Assembly: GCA_965228855.1 (NCBI GenBank)
Contig: CBDDIJ010000005.1
Location: 32,001 to 96,000 of the forward strand
Length of the DNA stretch: 64,000 nt
Direction of reading: 5' to 3'
Source: Candidatus Obscuribacterales bacterium
GTDB taxonomy: Bacteria; Cyanobacteriota; Vampirovibrionia; Obscuribacterales; Obscuribacteraceae
Below, piece by piece: positions 48,355-58,173 of this stretch. A program made the translations under genes and the position numbers. Position 1 is the stretch's first letter, and each line of letters starts with the position of its first letter. The notes beneath the pieces were generated by a model that was given only the letters and a program-made list of their open reading frames with translations, did not search any database and was not told where the DNA came from.

Positions 48355-50091
48355 TTAATTGTCTGGATCTAAACCATCCAGCATGTTCGCAAAACCGCGA
48401 CCAACCACTTCGCGCATGTTCGACATGGCGCGAAACATCTTCATGTTCGCCGGGTCTTTCAGCACGCGCTGAAAGCGAGGATCTGAAATCACGACCTTAA
48501 ATTCCGGGTCTTTGCAAAGACCTACGAATCGTGGGTCCTTTGATAGTGCCTGCACATTCGGGTTTTTAACGAAGCGACTGACCTTAGGGCTCTTCGGATT
48601 GGTTTTCCAAAGTTTCCATAACTCGGGGCTTCGCACGAACTCCTGCGACATCGGATCATCCCAGATAGTTTTCATTGAAGGGTCATTCCACATCTCCGAT
48701 AACAACGGCTGAAACTTCATGAATCCAGGAGACATAAAGAATGCGCGAGAGTCCGGGTCTGATGACATTCGTCCATGTCTATTGTTGAGAAATGCCGCGC
48801 GCAAGTCAGGGTCTTGCGTCATTTTACGAACCTCTGGGTCCTCGTCTTTCGCCGCTTGATTCAGGATGATTTTGCGCTGAATTTCGGAAAGCTGTTTGTG
48901 ATGACCAGACCTGGATTCGCGAATTCTCTCGTTTACATCATCTTCTATTGGGAATGCGGACCCGGTTTCGAGGTTCGAAATCGCGTCGTATTCCTTGGTG
49001 GCAATGCGCCGCTTCTCACTGTTTCCAGTCAACGAAAAAGTATAAATCCAGATGGGTAGCGCAATTACAATCAGCACTGAAACCATCAACAATCGACGGT
49101 GGGCGGAAGCAAAGTTTCTAGCATTTTGAAGCCAACCATTTGCTGGTTGCGTTTTCTCAATCGACTTACTGAGGTCGATTCGAGAAGTTTCCTCGCCGAA
49201 CAATGATGCGGTCCGCATGTTCTCCTTGTAGCTCTCATACACTTGCTCCAAGCGCTCTTTGAGCTGCAACGCCGATTGATAGCGATCGGCAGGATCCTTC
49301 TCCAGAGTTTTTGCAACAACGTGTTCGAGATCGGCAGGGAAGCTAGTCCCGCAGTCCATCTCATTTAGCAAAGGAGGAATCTCCTCCTGTTGCATCAGAA
49401 TTGTATCCATGTACGTGTCGCCTTGCAGCGGAGCCTTGCCAGTCAAAACTTTGAACATCAAACAGCCGAACGAATAAAGGTCGGATGCTTCAGCCACATC
49501 ATCTCCGCGAGCCTGCTCAGGACTCATGTATAAAGGACTACCGACTCGCACGCCGGTTGAAGTTAATTTCTGATCCTCGCTCTTGAGCTTCGCAAGTCCA
49601 AAATCCACGAGCTGGACATTGCCGGGTGTCTTCTCGCAGAGCATGATATTCGACGGTTTGACATCTCGATGAAGGACTTTGTTGACGTGGGCGTGGTGCA
49701 GCCCGGCGGCAATCTGAATGAATATCGGCAGTGCTTCCTCCACCGGAAGCCTCTTCGAGCGCCGCTGCACGTCTTCCAGACTCTGGGCGCCGACGTAATC
49801 CATGACCAGAAAGAGGTCACCCGTTGGGGTTTGTCCGAAGTCCAGCACCTTAACGATATTGGGATGATCGAGCTTGGCAGCTGTTCTAGCCTCTTGCTGA
49901 AACCGAATAATATTCTCGCGCGACAACCCCGGCAAGAGAATCTTCACAGCCACGAGTTTGTCCAACGTCGTGTCGGTTGCTTGAAAAACCGCACCCATAC
50001 CACCCGCGCCCAGCTTCTTGAGAATCTGGTAGCGGGATACGAATTCCGGAGATTCCGGTGGTAGCGTCGTTCGATGCGGGTAGCTGTTCAT
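48355..50091 (-). CDS. Hanks-type Ser/Thr kinase with a TM helix and a DP-repeat C-terminal region
   Basis: Motifs LGAGGMGAV, VAVK, HRDVKPSN, DFG, GSPLYMSPEQ; TM LLMVSVLIVIALPIWIY. Confidence 0.95.
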   Translation of the reverse strand: MNSYPHRTTLPPESPEFVSRYQILKKLGAGGMGAVFQATDTTLDKLVAVKILLPGLSRENIIRFQQEARTAAKLDHPNIVKVLDFGQTPTGDLFLVMDYVGAQSLEDVQRRSKRLPVEEALPIFIQIAAGLHHAHVNKVLHRDVKPSNIMLCEKTPGNVQLVDFGLAKLKSEDQKLTSTGVRVGSPLYMSPEQARGDDVAEASDLYSFGCLMFKVLTGKAPLQGDTYMDTILMQQEEIPPLLNEMDCGTSFPADLEHVVAKTLEKDPADRYQSALQLKERLEQVYESYKENMRTASLFGEETSRIDLSKSIEKTQPANGWLQNARNFASAHRRLLMVSVLIVIALPIWIYTFSLTGNSEKRRIATKEYDAISNLETGSAFPIEDDVNERIRESRSGHHKQLSEIQRKIILNQAAKDEDPEVRKMTQDPDLRAAFLNNRHGRMSSDPDSRAFFMSPGFMKFQPLLSEMWNDPSMKTIWDDPMSQEFVRSPELWKLWKTNPKSPKVSRFVKNPNVQALSKDPRFVGLCKDPEFKVVISDPRFQRVLKDPANMKMFRAMSNMREVVGRGFANMLDGLDPDN

Positions 50092-50224
50092 TAAACTTCA
50101 ACGCAGCGCCGTAAACTGAGGCTCAAGAAAATTATGCCCCGATTCGACAGATTCCTCGCACAGTGGGCGAATCGAGTTGCTAAAATAGCAGCTTCCAGGA
50201 AGCACCGCACCGAAGAGGGTCGCC

Positions 50225-51436
50225 ATGTCTGCCACCGCGAGCAAAACCAGCACAACGTTAATCGAGCGAATTCAAGAACAGCTTCGGGCCGAATCAATCG
50301 ACGGCTGGCTGTTTTATTACTTCAAGAACAATGACCCGATTGCACTAAGCATCCTGGGTATGATGGAAGGGCACATGACACGCCGCTGGTTCTACTATGT
50401 GCCTGCCAGAGGCGAGCCGGTCAAACTGGTGCACGGCATCGAACTCGACGTTCTCGACGCACTACCAGGCACAAAAGAAGTATATGTCGGTTGGAAACAG
50501 CTGGAGCAGAAGCTGGGAGACATCCTCACCGATGCGAAATCGATCGCCATGCAATACTCACCGAAGAATGCAGTGCCCTATGTCTCGCGCGTCGATGCCG
50601 GCACAATCGAGCTTATTCGTTCTCTTGGAAAAAATGTCGTCACAAGCGGCAACCTTGTTCAAGCATTTGAAGCGAGCTGGTCGGAAGCGCAATTGCAGAC
50701 GCATATCTACGCAGTCGAGAGTCTGCGTAAAATCGTTTTTGAAGCTTTCGCAGAAGTGAAGCGGCTGATCAACAAAGGCGAGGCCGTCAACGAATATGAC
50801 ATTCAACAATTCATTATGGGTAGATTCGACCATTACGAGATGACGACCTATTCGCCACCGATAGTGGCGGTGAATGGACACAGCGGACTACCTCATTATC
50901 AACCAAGCAAAGACGAACATGCCCCAATCAAGAAGGGCGATTTCTTACTGCTGGATATCTGGGCGAAACGTCGCGACGTCCGTGATGCCATATATGGTGA
51001 CATCACCTGGACCGGTTATGTGGGGACGGAAGTGCCGACAGAGTTCGTCAAAATCTTCGACATCGTGAAAGGCGCTCGAGATGCGGCACTAGATCACGTC
51101 AAAGATGCTGTTTCCAAAGGCGAAGTTCTGCACGGATGGCAAGTCGATGAAGTAGCACGTACCTATATCCGCGAACGCGGATATGCGGACTATTTCATCC
51201 ATCGCACCGGTCATTCGATTGGAACTGAAGTCCACGGAAATGGCGCCAATCTGGACAATCTCGAAACCAAAGACGAGAGAGTTTTGATTTATAAACATGG
51301 CTTCTCCATTGAGCCAGGTGTATACCTCAAGGAGTTCGGAGTGCGTTCCGAAATTGATGTCTACATCGAGGAAGGCAAAACGCTCGTAGCGGGCGGTCCG
51401 ATTCAAGAGAAAATTATTCCGATCCTCGCCGACTGA
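50225..51436 (+). CDS. M24-family metallopeptidase (Xaa-Pro peptidase-like)
   Basis: Motifs PHY, LLDIW, GDITW, HRTGHSIG..VHG, FSIEPGVY..FGVRSE. Confidence 0.92.
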   Translation: MSATASKTSTTLIERIQEQLRAESIDGWLFYYFKNNDPIALSILGMMEGHMTRRWFYYVPARGEPVKLVHGIELDVLDALPGTKEVYVGWKQLEQKLGDILTDAKSIAMQYSPKNAVPYVSRVDAGTIELIRSLGKNVVTSGNLVQAFEASWSEAQLQTHIYAVESLRKIVFEAFAEVKRLINKGEAVNEYDIQQFIMGRFDHYEMTTYSPPIVAVNGHSGLPHYQPSKDEHAPIKKGDFLLLDIWAKRRDVRDAIYGDITWTGYVGTEVPTEFVKIFDIVKGARDAALDHVKDAVSKGEVLHGWQVDEVARTYIRERGYADYFIHRTGHSIGTEVHGNGANLDNLETKDERVLIYKHGFSIEPGVYLKEFGVRSEIDVYIEEGKTLVAGGPIQEKIIPILAD

Positions 51437-51481
51437 ATAGGCATAGCAGATAGCCATTTTGGATAGGCAGACACGCGCACG

Positions 51482-52582
51482 ATGACTGAAAATAGTTTGA
51501 AAACGAGTTCGGTGACTTACTGCAGTTTGAATGAACTGGAAGGTTTGGCGCAGGAGAAGCTGAACCGGATGACGTTCGATTATTACGCCGGTGGCGCCGG
51601 AGATGAGCTGACGCTGCGGGATAACATCGATGCGTTCAACAGGATAAAACTGTTTCCGCGCATGCTTGTCGATTCAAGCAAGTTAAACACGGAAGTCGAG
51701 ATCTTGGGAACGCGATTGGCTAGTCCACTGATGATCGCTCCTATGGCGTTTCAACGTCTGGCACACGAGCATGGCGAAATTGCGATGGCGAGAGCCGCTG
51801 GCAGAGCCGGATGCGGCATGGTAGTCAGCACGCTGGCAACGTCTTCACTGGAAGAGATTGCGGAAGCTGGGTCGACTCCACTGTGGTTTCAACTTTACGT
51901 CTACAAAGATCGGCAGATCACAATTGACCTGTTGGAACGGGCAGCAGCTGCAGGTTTTAAAGCCATCGTTGTAACTGTTGATTCACCGGTTCTCGGTAGA
52001 AGATTTCGAGATATGAGAAACCTTTTCCATTTACCGACTCATTTGAAGTGTGGAAATTTGACCGGCGCACTTCAAAGCATTCCGGTAAAAGAAGGTGACT
52101 CGGGACTTGCAGCGTACATCGCATCGATGTACGACGTGAGTTTGACATGGGAAAGTTTGAGATGGATAACGAAGCAAACTAAATTGCCGGTATTAGTCAA
52201 AGGCGTTTTGAGAGCCGACGACACAAAACTCGCGATTGAAAACGGCGCTGCCGGCATCATCGTCTCCAACCACGGGGGACGCCAGCTAGACACGACGGTC
52301 GCAACAATCGATGCTCTTTCTGATGTGGTCAGAGCGGCAGACGGCGAAGTTCCGGTCATCGTCGATGGTGGCATCCGCCGTGGAACCGATATTCTCAAAG
52401 CTCTGGCATTCGGCGCAAAAGCCGTCCTCGTCGGTCGTCCTATGCTATGGGGCTTAGCACTCGAAGGCGAAGATGGCGTTTATAAAGTGATGGAAACGTT
52501 AAAAGACGAACTTCGCAACGCGCTTATTTTGTCCGGTTATCCCGACGTCACATCTGTGGACAGAAGTCTTCTTGGCTCATAA
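51482..52582 (+). CDS. FMN-dependent alpha-hydroxy acid oxidase (glycolate/lactate oxidase family)
   Basis: Motifs FDYYAGGA.DE.TL, WFQLY, TVD.P..G.R, VKG, VSNHGGRQLD, DGGIRRG.D, GRP.LWGLA. Confidence 0.93.
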   Translation: MTENSLKTSSVTYCSLNELEGLAQEKLNRMTFDYYAGGAGDELTLRDNIDAFNRIKLFPRMLVDSSKLNTEVEILGTRLASPLMIAPMAFQRLAHEHGEIAMARAAGRAGCGMVVSTLATSSLEEIAEAGSTPLWFQLYVYKDRQITIDLLERAAAAGFKAIVVTVDSPVLGRRFRDMRNLFHLPTHLKCGNLTGALQSIPVKEGDSGLAAYIASMYDVSLTWESLRWITKQTKLPVLVKGVLRADDTKLAIENGAAGIIVSNHGGRQLDTTVATIDALSDVVRAADGEVPVIVDGGIRRGTDILKALAFGAKAVLVGRPMLWGLALEGEDGVYKVMETLKDELRNALILSGYPDVTSVDRSLLGS

Positions 52583-52627
52583 AGCAGGTTTCACAGCATA
52601 GTAAACGGTTAATTTTGCGAGGACAAA

Positions 52628-53572
52628 ATGGCAAAGGAAACAGCACCGCGCATAGTATCACTGATCGCCAGCTCGACCGAAATAATTCACGCACTCGACA
52701 TGGGGAAATACATGGTCGGGCGCTCCCACGAATGCGATTTTCCATTGTCCATAAAGAGCTTGCCGGTCTGTACAGGTCCGAAATTCAATGTTGATGGCAG
52801 CAGCTATGAAATCGATCAACGCGTGAAAGCAATTGTTCAAGAGTCTCTGTCGGTTTATAAAGTATTCGCGGATAAACTGAACGAACTCGCTCCGACCCAC
52901 ATCATAACGCAGGCGCAGTGCGAAGTCTGCGCGGTCAGCCTCAAAGATGTAGAGGTGGCTGTCTGCGACTTGATTACGTCTCAACCGCAAATCGTGTCAC
53001 TTCAACCTGATTGTCTGGAAGATGTGTGGACAGATATTCGAAAAGTCGGTAATGCACTAGATATCCCAGAGAAAGCCGAGATCGTAATCACTGGTCTGAA
53101 ACAGCGCATTGCCGAAGTAAGTGAAAAGGCGCAGGCTGTTTCTAAGCAAGAAGGAAGGAAACGAACGGTAGCGATTATCGAGTGGATTGATCCATTAATG
53201 GCGGCCGGCAACTGGATGCCAGAACTTGTTGATCTCGTAGGCGGCGAAAACCTCTTCGGCGTTGCCGGAAAGCATTCGCCCTGGATGCAGTGGGATGACG
53301 TGGTTCAAAAAGACCCGGATGTCTTAATCGTGACGCCGTGCGGTTTTGACAATGAGAGAACTTTGCAAGAGATGCATTTGATTTCAGGAAAGCCGGGTTA
53401 TGAAAACCTGAAAGCGGTGAAAAGTAAACATGTGTATGTCGCCGACGGCAACCAATACTTCAATCGCCCCGGCCCCAGGCTGGTAGAGAGTCTTGAGATG
53501 ATGGCCGAGTTGATTTATCCGGAAATTTTCGACTACGGTCATAAGGGCACTGGCTGGGTCGAGTTTTCTTGA
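52628..53572 (+). CDS. BtuF/TroA-like cobalamin-binding protein without a signal peptide
   Basis: Motifs RIVSLI.S.TEI, GRSHECD, TQ.QC.VCAV, EW.DP....G.W.PE, FNRPGPRLV. Confidence 0.8.
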   Translation: MAKETAPRIVSLIASSTEIIHALDMGKYMVGRSHECDFPLSIKSLPVCTGPKFNVDGSSYEIDQRVKAIVQESLSVYKVFADKLNELAPTHIITQAQCEVCAVSLKDVEVAVCDLITSQPQIVSLQPDCLEDVWTDIRKVGNALDIPEKAEIVITGLKQRIAEVSEKAQAVSKQEGRKRTVAIIEWIDPLMAAGNWMPELVDLVGGENLFGVAGKHSPWMQWDDVVQKDPDVLIVTPCGFDNERTLQEMHLISGKPGYENLKAVKSKHVYVADGNQYFNRPGPRLVESLEMMAELIYPEIFDYGHKGTGWVEFS

Positions 53573-53635
53573 CGTTGAATTTCTGCTATAACTTGGATGT
53601 TTCCAAGGATTCACTTGGCGCTCAGGTATCTAATT

Positions 53636-54310
53636 TTGCATTATTCAACAATCCTTTTCGACTTTGATGGCACGTTGACGCACTCGCTGCCGATGTGGAT
53701 GCGCGCTTATCAATACGCGCTGTCGCAGTATGGTATCAATCTTGCGACAGAGGAAGTGATCGGCAAATGTTTCTATCGCCCGTGGAGAGATCTCGTCGTC
53801 GACTTTGAACTGCCGTCGATAACCGATTTCGGTGCGCATGTAAATGTCGGTCTAGAAGCGGCAATGCCTGAGGCCGTTCTGTTCGATGACGTTGAGAACT
53901 TTCTGGAAGCCTGCAGACTACGTGGTATCAAACTCGGTATCGTAACCTCTTCCACCAAAAAAGTAGTTCGCACTTTCATCCAGGAGAATAACCTGGAAGG
54001 TTACTTTGCAACAGTAATCACGGCCGATGATATCATCAACTTCAAGCCCCACCCAGAGCCCGTCTTCAAGGGATTGGCAGAAATAGGCGGCACTCCCGAC
54101 ACAAGTCTATTCGTTGGTGACTCATCAGCCGACATGCTCGCCGCGGAAGCTGCCGGCTTGCACAAAGCATTGTTTCTGCCGGATGAACACCTAAGCTTTT
54201 ACGACTTTACCGAGCTGCGCAACCACGAACCGCATCTGGTTTTCCACAAATACTCAGAAATTTTGTCCCGCTTAGAAGCAGTTCCACATGAGACGGCCGA
54301 CACTATCTAG
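53636..54310 (+). CDS. HAD-family phosphatase (Gph/PpaX-like)
   Basis: Motifs FDFDGTL, GIVTS, KPHPEP, FVGDS..D. Start probably TTG 53636 (track 53597). Confidence 0.88.
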   Translation: MHYSTILFDFDGTLTHSLPMWMRAYQYALSQYGINLATEEVIGKCFYRPWRDLVVDFELPSITDFGAHVNVGLEAAMPEAVLFDDVENFLEACRLRGIKLGIVTSSTKKVVRTFIQENNLEGYFATVITADDIINFKPHPEPVFKGLAEIGGTPDTSLFVGDSSADMLAAEAAGLHKALFLPDEHLSFYDFTELRNHEPHLVFHKYSEILSRLEAVPHETADTI

Positions 54311-54397
54311 ACGCGAACATTCAGATCAATTCAGTTCCATTCAGTCTGAGCCCGCGACTTGACATCCGTTCGATCTATAGCTTTTCCTTCAGCATCG

Positions 54398-54471
54398 CCG
54401 ATGCTAGTCCGCTGCCAGTCCGATGCCAGTCCGATGACAGTCCGATGCCGGTCCGATGCCGGTCCGCTGAC
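54398..54471. repeat. about 6.7 x 11-nt degenerate tandem repeat, consensus CCGATGCCAGT
   Basis: Units start at 54398, 54409, 54420, 54431, 54442, 54453 and 54464 (partial). Confidence 0.85.
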
Positions 54472-54571
54472 ATACCAACTGCGGCATGACTTCTCATAAT
54501 CTCTCATACCTTGCGGGGAATGGCGACTTAGGGCATGTTACAGGCGGTATCAAAACTTGAGCGCTCCATAT

Positions 54572-54626
54572 CGCATGCGGAATAGCGTGCGGAATACGAG
54601 CGTGCGGGACAAGCGCATGCGGAATA
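54572..54626. repeat. 4 imperfect copies of a TGCGGAATA-cored repeat
   Basis: cgcatgcggaata, gcgtgcggaata, cgagcgtgcgggaca, agcgcatgcggaata. Confidence 0.65.
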
Positions 54627-54646
54627 AGCGCCGGCGCCCCGTGAAT

Positions 54647-55180
54647 CTATGGCTTCTGAACTTCCGCGTTGGTCCGCAACGCGGCGCGCAGCGCAGATGA
54701 CACATCCATGCGGGCATGACAAACGGCAATGGCAATCGCGTCGTTGGCATCATCCGGTTTAATTATCTGCGACAGATTCAGCAGTTTAGCGACAGCTGTT
54801 TGAACAAAAGACTTGTCAGCGCGCCCATGGCCGGTCAGGCAGAGCTTAACCTGCATTGGCGTGTACTCAGCGACTTCATAACCACCAGTTGCGGCCGATT
54901 CAAGAATCACGCCCCGCGCTTGCGAAACAGGAACGAGGGTTTTGGCATTCTTGAAAAAGAAAATAGCCTCGACTGCCACCACATCCGGCTTATACTCATC
55001 TAAAAGTGTGATCATGTCAGCGCGAATCATTGCGAGCCGCTGCGGATTACTCATTGTTTTTGGGGTGGAGATAACCCCCGAAGTTATATATCGATAAGAG
55101 TCACCTTCTCTCTTGTCCACGACACCGAAGCCCACTGCGGCTGTTCCCGGGTCGATTCCCAATATTCGATGAGTCGACAA
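54647..55180 (-). CDS. ruvC: Holliday junction resolvase RuvC
   Basis: Motifs ILGIDPG, VEAIFF.KN, QARGV, EYTP.QVK...TG.G.ADK, DDA.DA.AIA.CH. Confidence 0.96.
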   Translation of the reverse strand: MSTHRILGIDPGTAAVGFGVVDKREGDSYRYITSGVISTPKTMSNPQRLAMIRADMITLLDEYKPDVVAVEAIFFFKNAKTLVPVSQARGVILESAATGGYEVAEYTPMQVKLCLTGHGRADKSFVQTAVAKLLNLSQIIKPDDANDAIAIAVCHARMDVSSALRAALRTNAEVQKP

Positions 55181-55231
55181 CAGATATCCCTCAAATAACT
55201 CTCAAACAAAGAAGCTCAAGACCGTGTAACA

Positions 55232-56899
55232 TTGACACGTACAGAGAGTAGCCGAAGAGTGTTCAGCAAGCAAGTAGTTAGAGATACCACCGAGCTATTC
55301 GGCAGAAAAACTGCGCTGCAGCGTCTCGGCGTCGGTTATAAACTGCCGGTAGCATTTTTCTTCGGTTGTCTATTCGGGCTGTCCAGCGCCGGTTTCGAGC
55401 TCTGGTGGTTGGCGTGGATAGGTTTGGCACCACTTCTGGTGCTGCTGCGAGGAGTCAACAGCAAATTAGAGGCGGCTTCCGTTGGACTTTCATTCGGCGT
55501 CGGCTATCACGGCGTGTCGCTCTCCTGGTATCTAGGTCTCGGTACTCTCAGCTGGCTAGGGTTCCATGAAATTCTTGGCACCCAAATCAGCATGTTTATC
55601 TGGATTCTCGAATCGCTCCACCAGGCGCTCCTCATTGCCGGCTTTGCCACGCTTGTATATTGCTTGCCGCTGCGCGCCGGCTTCCTTCCAAACATAGAAC
55701 GACCGTTCTTCCCATACTTGTTGTCGGTGCCACTAATCTGGGTTTTTCTTCAGTGGATGATCGCACCTTCAGAGATTTTTGTAGGATTGCCGATAAACCA
55801 ACTCGCCTATTCGCAGTACAAGCAGCTTCCGCTCATTCAACTCGCATCAATCGGCGGCAGTGGCAGCATCGATTTTATAATCGTATTGGTCAATGCCACC
55901 ATCTCCAATCTATTCCTGGAAGTCAGCCATAGTGCGCGTCGACTCGGCGCACGCACAGACAATTTCTCCACCAGATTCGGTGGCTTATTCGATTTCACCG
56001 TCACGATTATCGCTCTAATCGGGATCTGCTCGTGGGGCAACACACGCATCGCGGCGATCAATGAGCGCATCGACGCAGCCACCGCGATGGCACTGGACTC
56101 GCATTCACCGCCGGTCTCAGTTGCAGTCGTCCAGGGCAACGTGACGATCGAAGAAGAGCGGTTGAATATTTCAAAACCAACAGAGATTGCAAAACGCTAT
56201 TCGACACTGTGTGCCAACCTCGGGTCCTCGATGCTTTGTTTGCCCGAAGGAGCGATTAACGCTGCTCAAATGCAGCCTGGCTGCCTGCTAAGTATCCTCA
56301 AAAACATCGTTTTCAAACAAAAGAAAGAAGTCATCGTCGGCACGATTGAAACGCTTCAAAACGGACTCGCGAATGGCGCTGAATTGATCACGCCAGCTCG
56401 TCAGAGCCGTGATTTGTATCTAAAACAACGCCTTGTTCCGCTTGGCGAATTCGCGCCACAGTTTTTCAACGACGAGCGGATTCCCAATCGCGTCCGCAGT
56501 CGCATTCCGGCAAGTCGGGAATCGTACCTGTCTGCACACTCGGCACAACTGGCGAAAAGCCAGTATGGCAAGGTCGGGATGTCGGTTTATATCGAGCTGA
56601 TCTACCCGAAGCTCATCGCCGACGAAGTGCGAAACGGAGCGTCATTGCTTGTAAATGTTTCGAACCTTGCCTGGTTTCACAACGCATCAATCAATCGCCA
56701 ATTGCTGGCGGCAGCGGTGCTGCGCTCAGTGGAAAACGAGCGCTACCTTGTGCTTGCCGCCAACACCGGAATTTCGGCAGTTATTGACCCGACCGGCATG
56801 ATTAACAGTATGTCTTTACCTGGACGGCGTGGAGTGCTCCTCAACACGATACAATTCCTGTACAGTAAGACTCCCTTCAGTAAAATGTGGTGGTTGTGA
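55232..56899 (+). CDS. lnt: apolipoprotein N-acyltransferase homolog (catalytic Cys substituted)
   Basis: N-terminal TM region plus nitrilase fold: VQGN, LPEGA, Y.KQRLVP.GEF, N.SNLAWF, RSVEN.R....ANTGISAVIDP.G. The ICYE position reads VYIE. Start uncertain. Confidence 0.85.
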   Translation: MTRTESSRRVFSKQVVRDTTELFGRKTALQRLGVGYKLPVAFFFGCLFGLSSAGFELWWLAWIGLAPLLVLLRGVNSKLEAASVGLSFGVGYHGVSLSWYLGLGTLSWLGFHEILGTQISMFIWILESLHQALLIAGFATLVYCLPLRAGFLPNIERPFFPYLLSVPLIWVFLQWMIAPSEIFVGLPINQLAYSQYKQLPLIQLASIGGSGSIDFIIVLVNATISNLFLEVSHSARRLGARTDNFSTRFGGLFDFTVTIIALIGICSWGNTRIAAINERIDAATAMALDSHSPPVSVAVVQGNVTIEEERLNISKPTEIAKRYSTLCANLGSSMLCLPEGAINAAQMQPGCLLSILKNIVFKQKKEVIVGTIETLQNGLANGAELITPARQSRDLYLKQRLVPLGEFAPQFFNDERIPNRVRSRIPASRESYLSAHSAQLAKSQYGKVGMSVYIELIYPKLIADEVRNGASLLVNVSNLAWFHNASINRQLLAAAVLRSVENERYLVLAANTGISAVIDPTGMINSMSLPGRRGVLLNTIQFLYSKTPFSKMWWL

Positions 56900-57372
56900 A
56901 GATATTGACTACTAAATTCCGAATTCCGCTCATAATGACGCTCCTCGTGACGGCATTCACAATGCAATCTTTGTTTCTGGAAGCGATTGGAAAAATGCCA
57001 ACAGCCACAATTGGAAAAAACATCATCAACCTGGAAGTAGCTCAAACTCCAAAAGAAATCGAGCGCGGCTTGATGGGCAGAACAGCCCTGGACCAGAACA
57101 GCGGAATGGTGTTCCTATTCACTCCGCCACGCGGCGTTCGCTTCTGGATGTACAACTGCTTCATCTCGCTGGACATGATCTTCATCAAAGACGGCAAAAT
57201 TATGCGCATTTGCAAAGACGTGCCACCATGCAAATCGCAAGACCCGACGCAATGTCCGACGTATCCGGAAGGAGAAGACGTTTCCGTCTCTGAAGTTATC
57301 GAGGTCAACGCCGGATACTGTGAAAAGAATGGTATCAAGGAAGGTGACACTGTGAAGTTCGATTTTAAATAA
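56887..57372 (+). CDS. DUF192-family protein
   Basis: Motifs LEVA.TP.E...GLM.R, GMVF.F, FWM.N..ISLDMIFI, VIEVNAG....GI..GD. Confidence 0.9.
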   Translation: MVVVKILTTKFRIPLIMTLLVTAFTMQSLFLEAIGKMPTATIGKNIINLEVAQTPKEIERGLMGRTALDQNSGMVFLFTPPRGVRFWMYNCFISLDMIFIKDGKIMRICKDVPPCKSQDPTQCPTYPEGEDVSVSEVIEVNAGYCEKNGIKEGDTVKFDFK

Positions 57373-58157
57373 TGCGAGAAACCGAGAAGTCCATGGAAGA
57401 TAAGTTCGATATTGTTCAAACAGAAATAGTCGATGGTGTGGGCTGGATAACGCTAAACCGTCCTGGCATGCGCAACGCTATTTCGCACGACATGTGGATG
57501 GCGATTCCAGAAAAGCTTTCCTGGATGCACGACAATGGCGCAAAGGCTGTCGTTTTCTGTGGCGCAGGAGGCAACTTCGCATCTGGTGCCGATCTCGAAG
57601 AGATGGAACAAATCGATAACTACGCTCGCGCACAAACTTTTTGGCATGCGTTGAGTGAAGCTCTCGACTATGTTTATGCTTTTGAACTACCGCTGATAGC
57701 CATGATTGACGGCGCCTGCATCGGTGGAGGCTTATTACTTTCGGTCGCTTGTGATTTGCGATACGCAAGTGCAAATGCCTCCTTCGGAGTACCCGTATCG
57801 CGGCTAGGCATCGTGCTGGACGACGACAATATCGCTCGGTTAACCTACCTGGTGGGACCGGCAAAAGCAAAAGAAATTCTGTTCACCGGAGACGTTATAA
57901 CCGCTCAAGAAGCGCATTCTATCGGACTGGTTAATAAGGTCGAAGATGTTGCAGATCTGCGCGCGACTGTTGAACGTGTTTCAAAACGTATCGCGGAAAA
58001 CGGTTACGCTTCAATCATCGAGTCGAAGCGCTCAGTGCGACGCGCAATGTCGGAAGGCGCTCGCAGTGGGCTTCTCCCGCAACACGAAACCGTCGTCGTC
58101 AGCAGCTATCTGACTTCAGATTTTAGAACGCGCATCAAACGTTTCTTCGGCGACTAG
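57372..58157 (+). CDS. enoyl-CoA hydratase/isomerase family protein
   Basis: Motifs ITLNRP..RNA, F.SGADL, PLIAMIDG.CIGGG, CDLR.A, A.EA..IGLVN. Confidence 0.9.
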   Translation: MRETEKSMEDKFDIVQTEIVDGVGWITLNRPGMRNAISHDMWMAIPEKLSWMHDNGAKAVVFCGAGGNFASGADLEEMEQIDNYARAQTFWHALSEALDYVYAFELPLIAMIDGACIGGGLLLSVACDLRYASANASFGVPVSRLGIVLDDDNIARLTYLVGPAKAKEILFTGDVITAQEAHSIGLVNKVEDVADLRATVERVSKRIAENGYASIIESKRSVRRAMSEGARSGLLPQHETVVVSSYLTSDFRTRIKRFFGD

Positions 58158-58173
58158 TCATAGCCTCCGGAAT

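Noticed and set aside
54398..54630. Possible CRISPR array
   Set aside because: Units are 11-15 nt and directly adjacent, with no unique spacers; no cas genes in the window.
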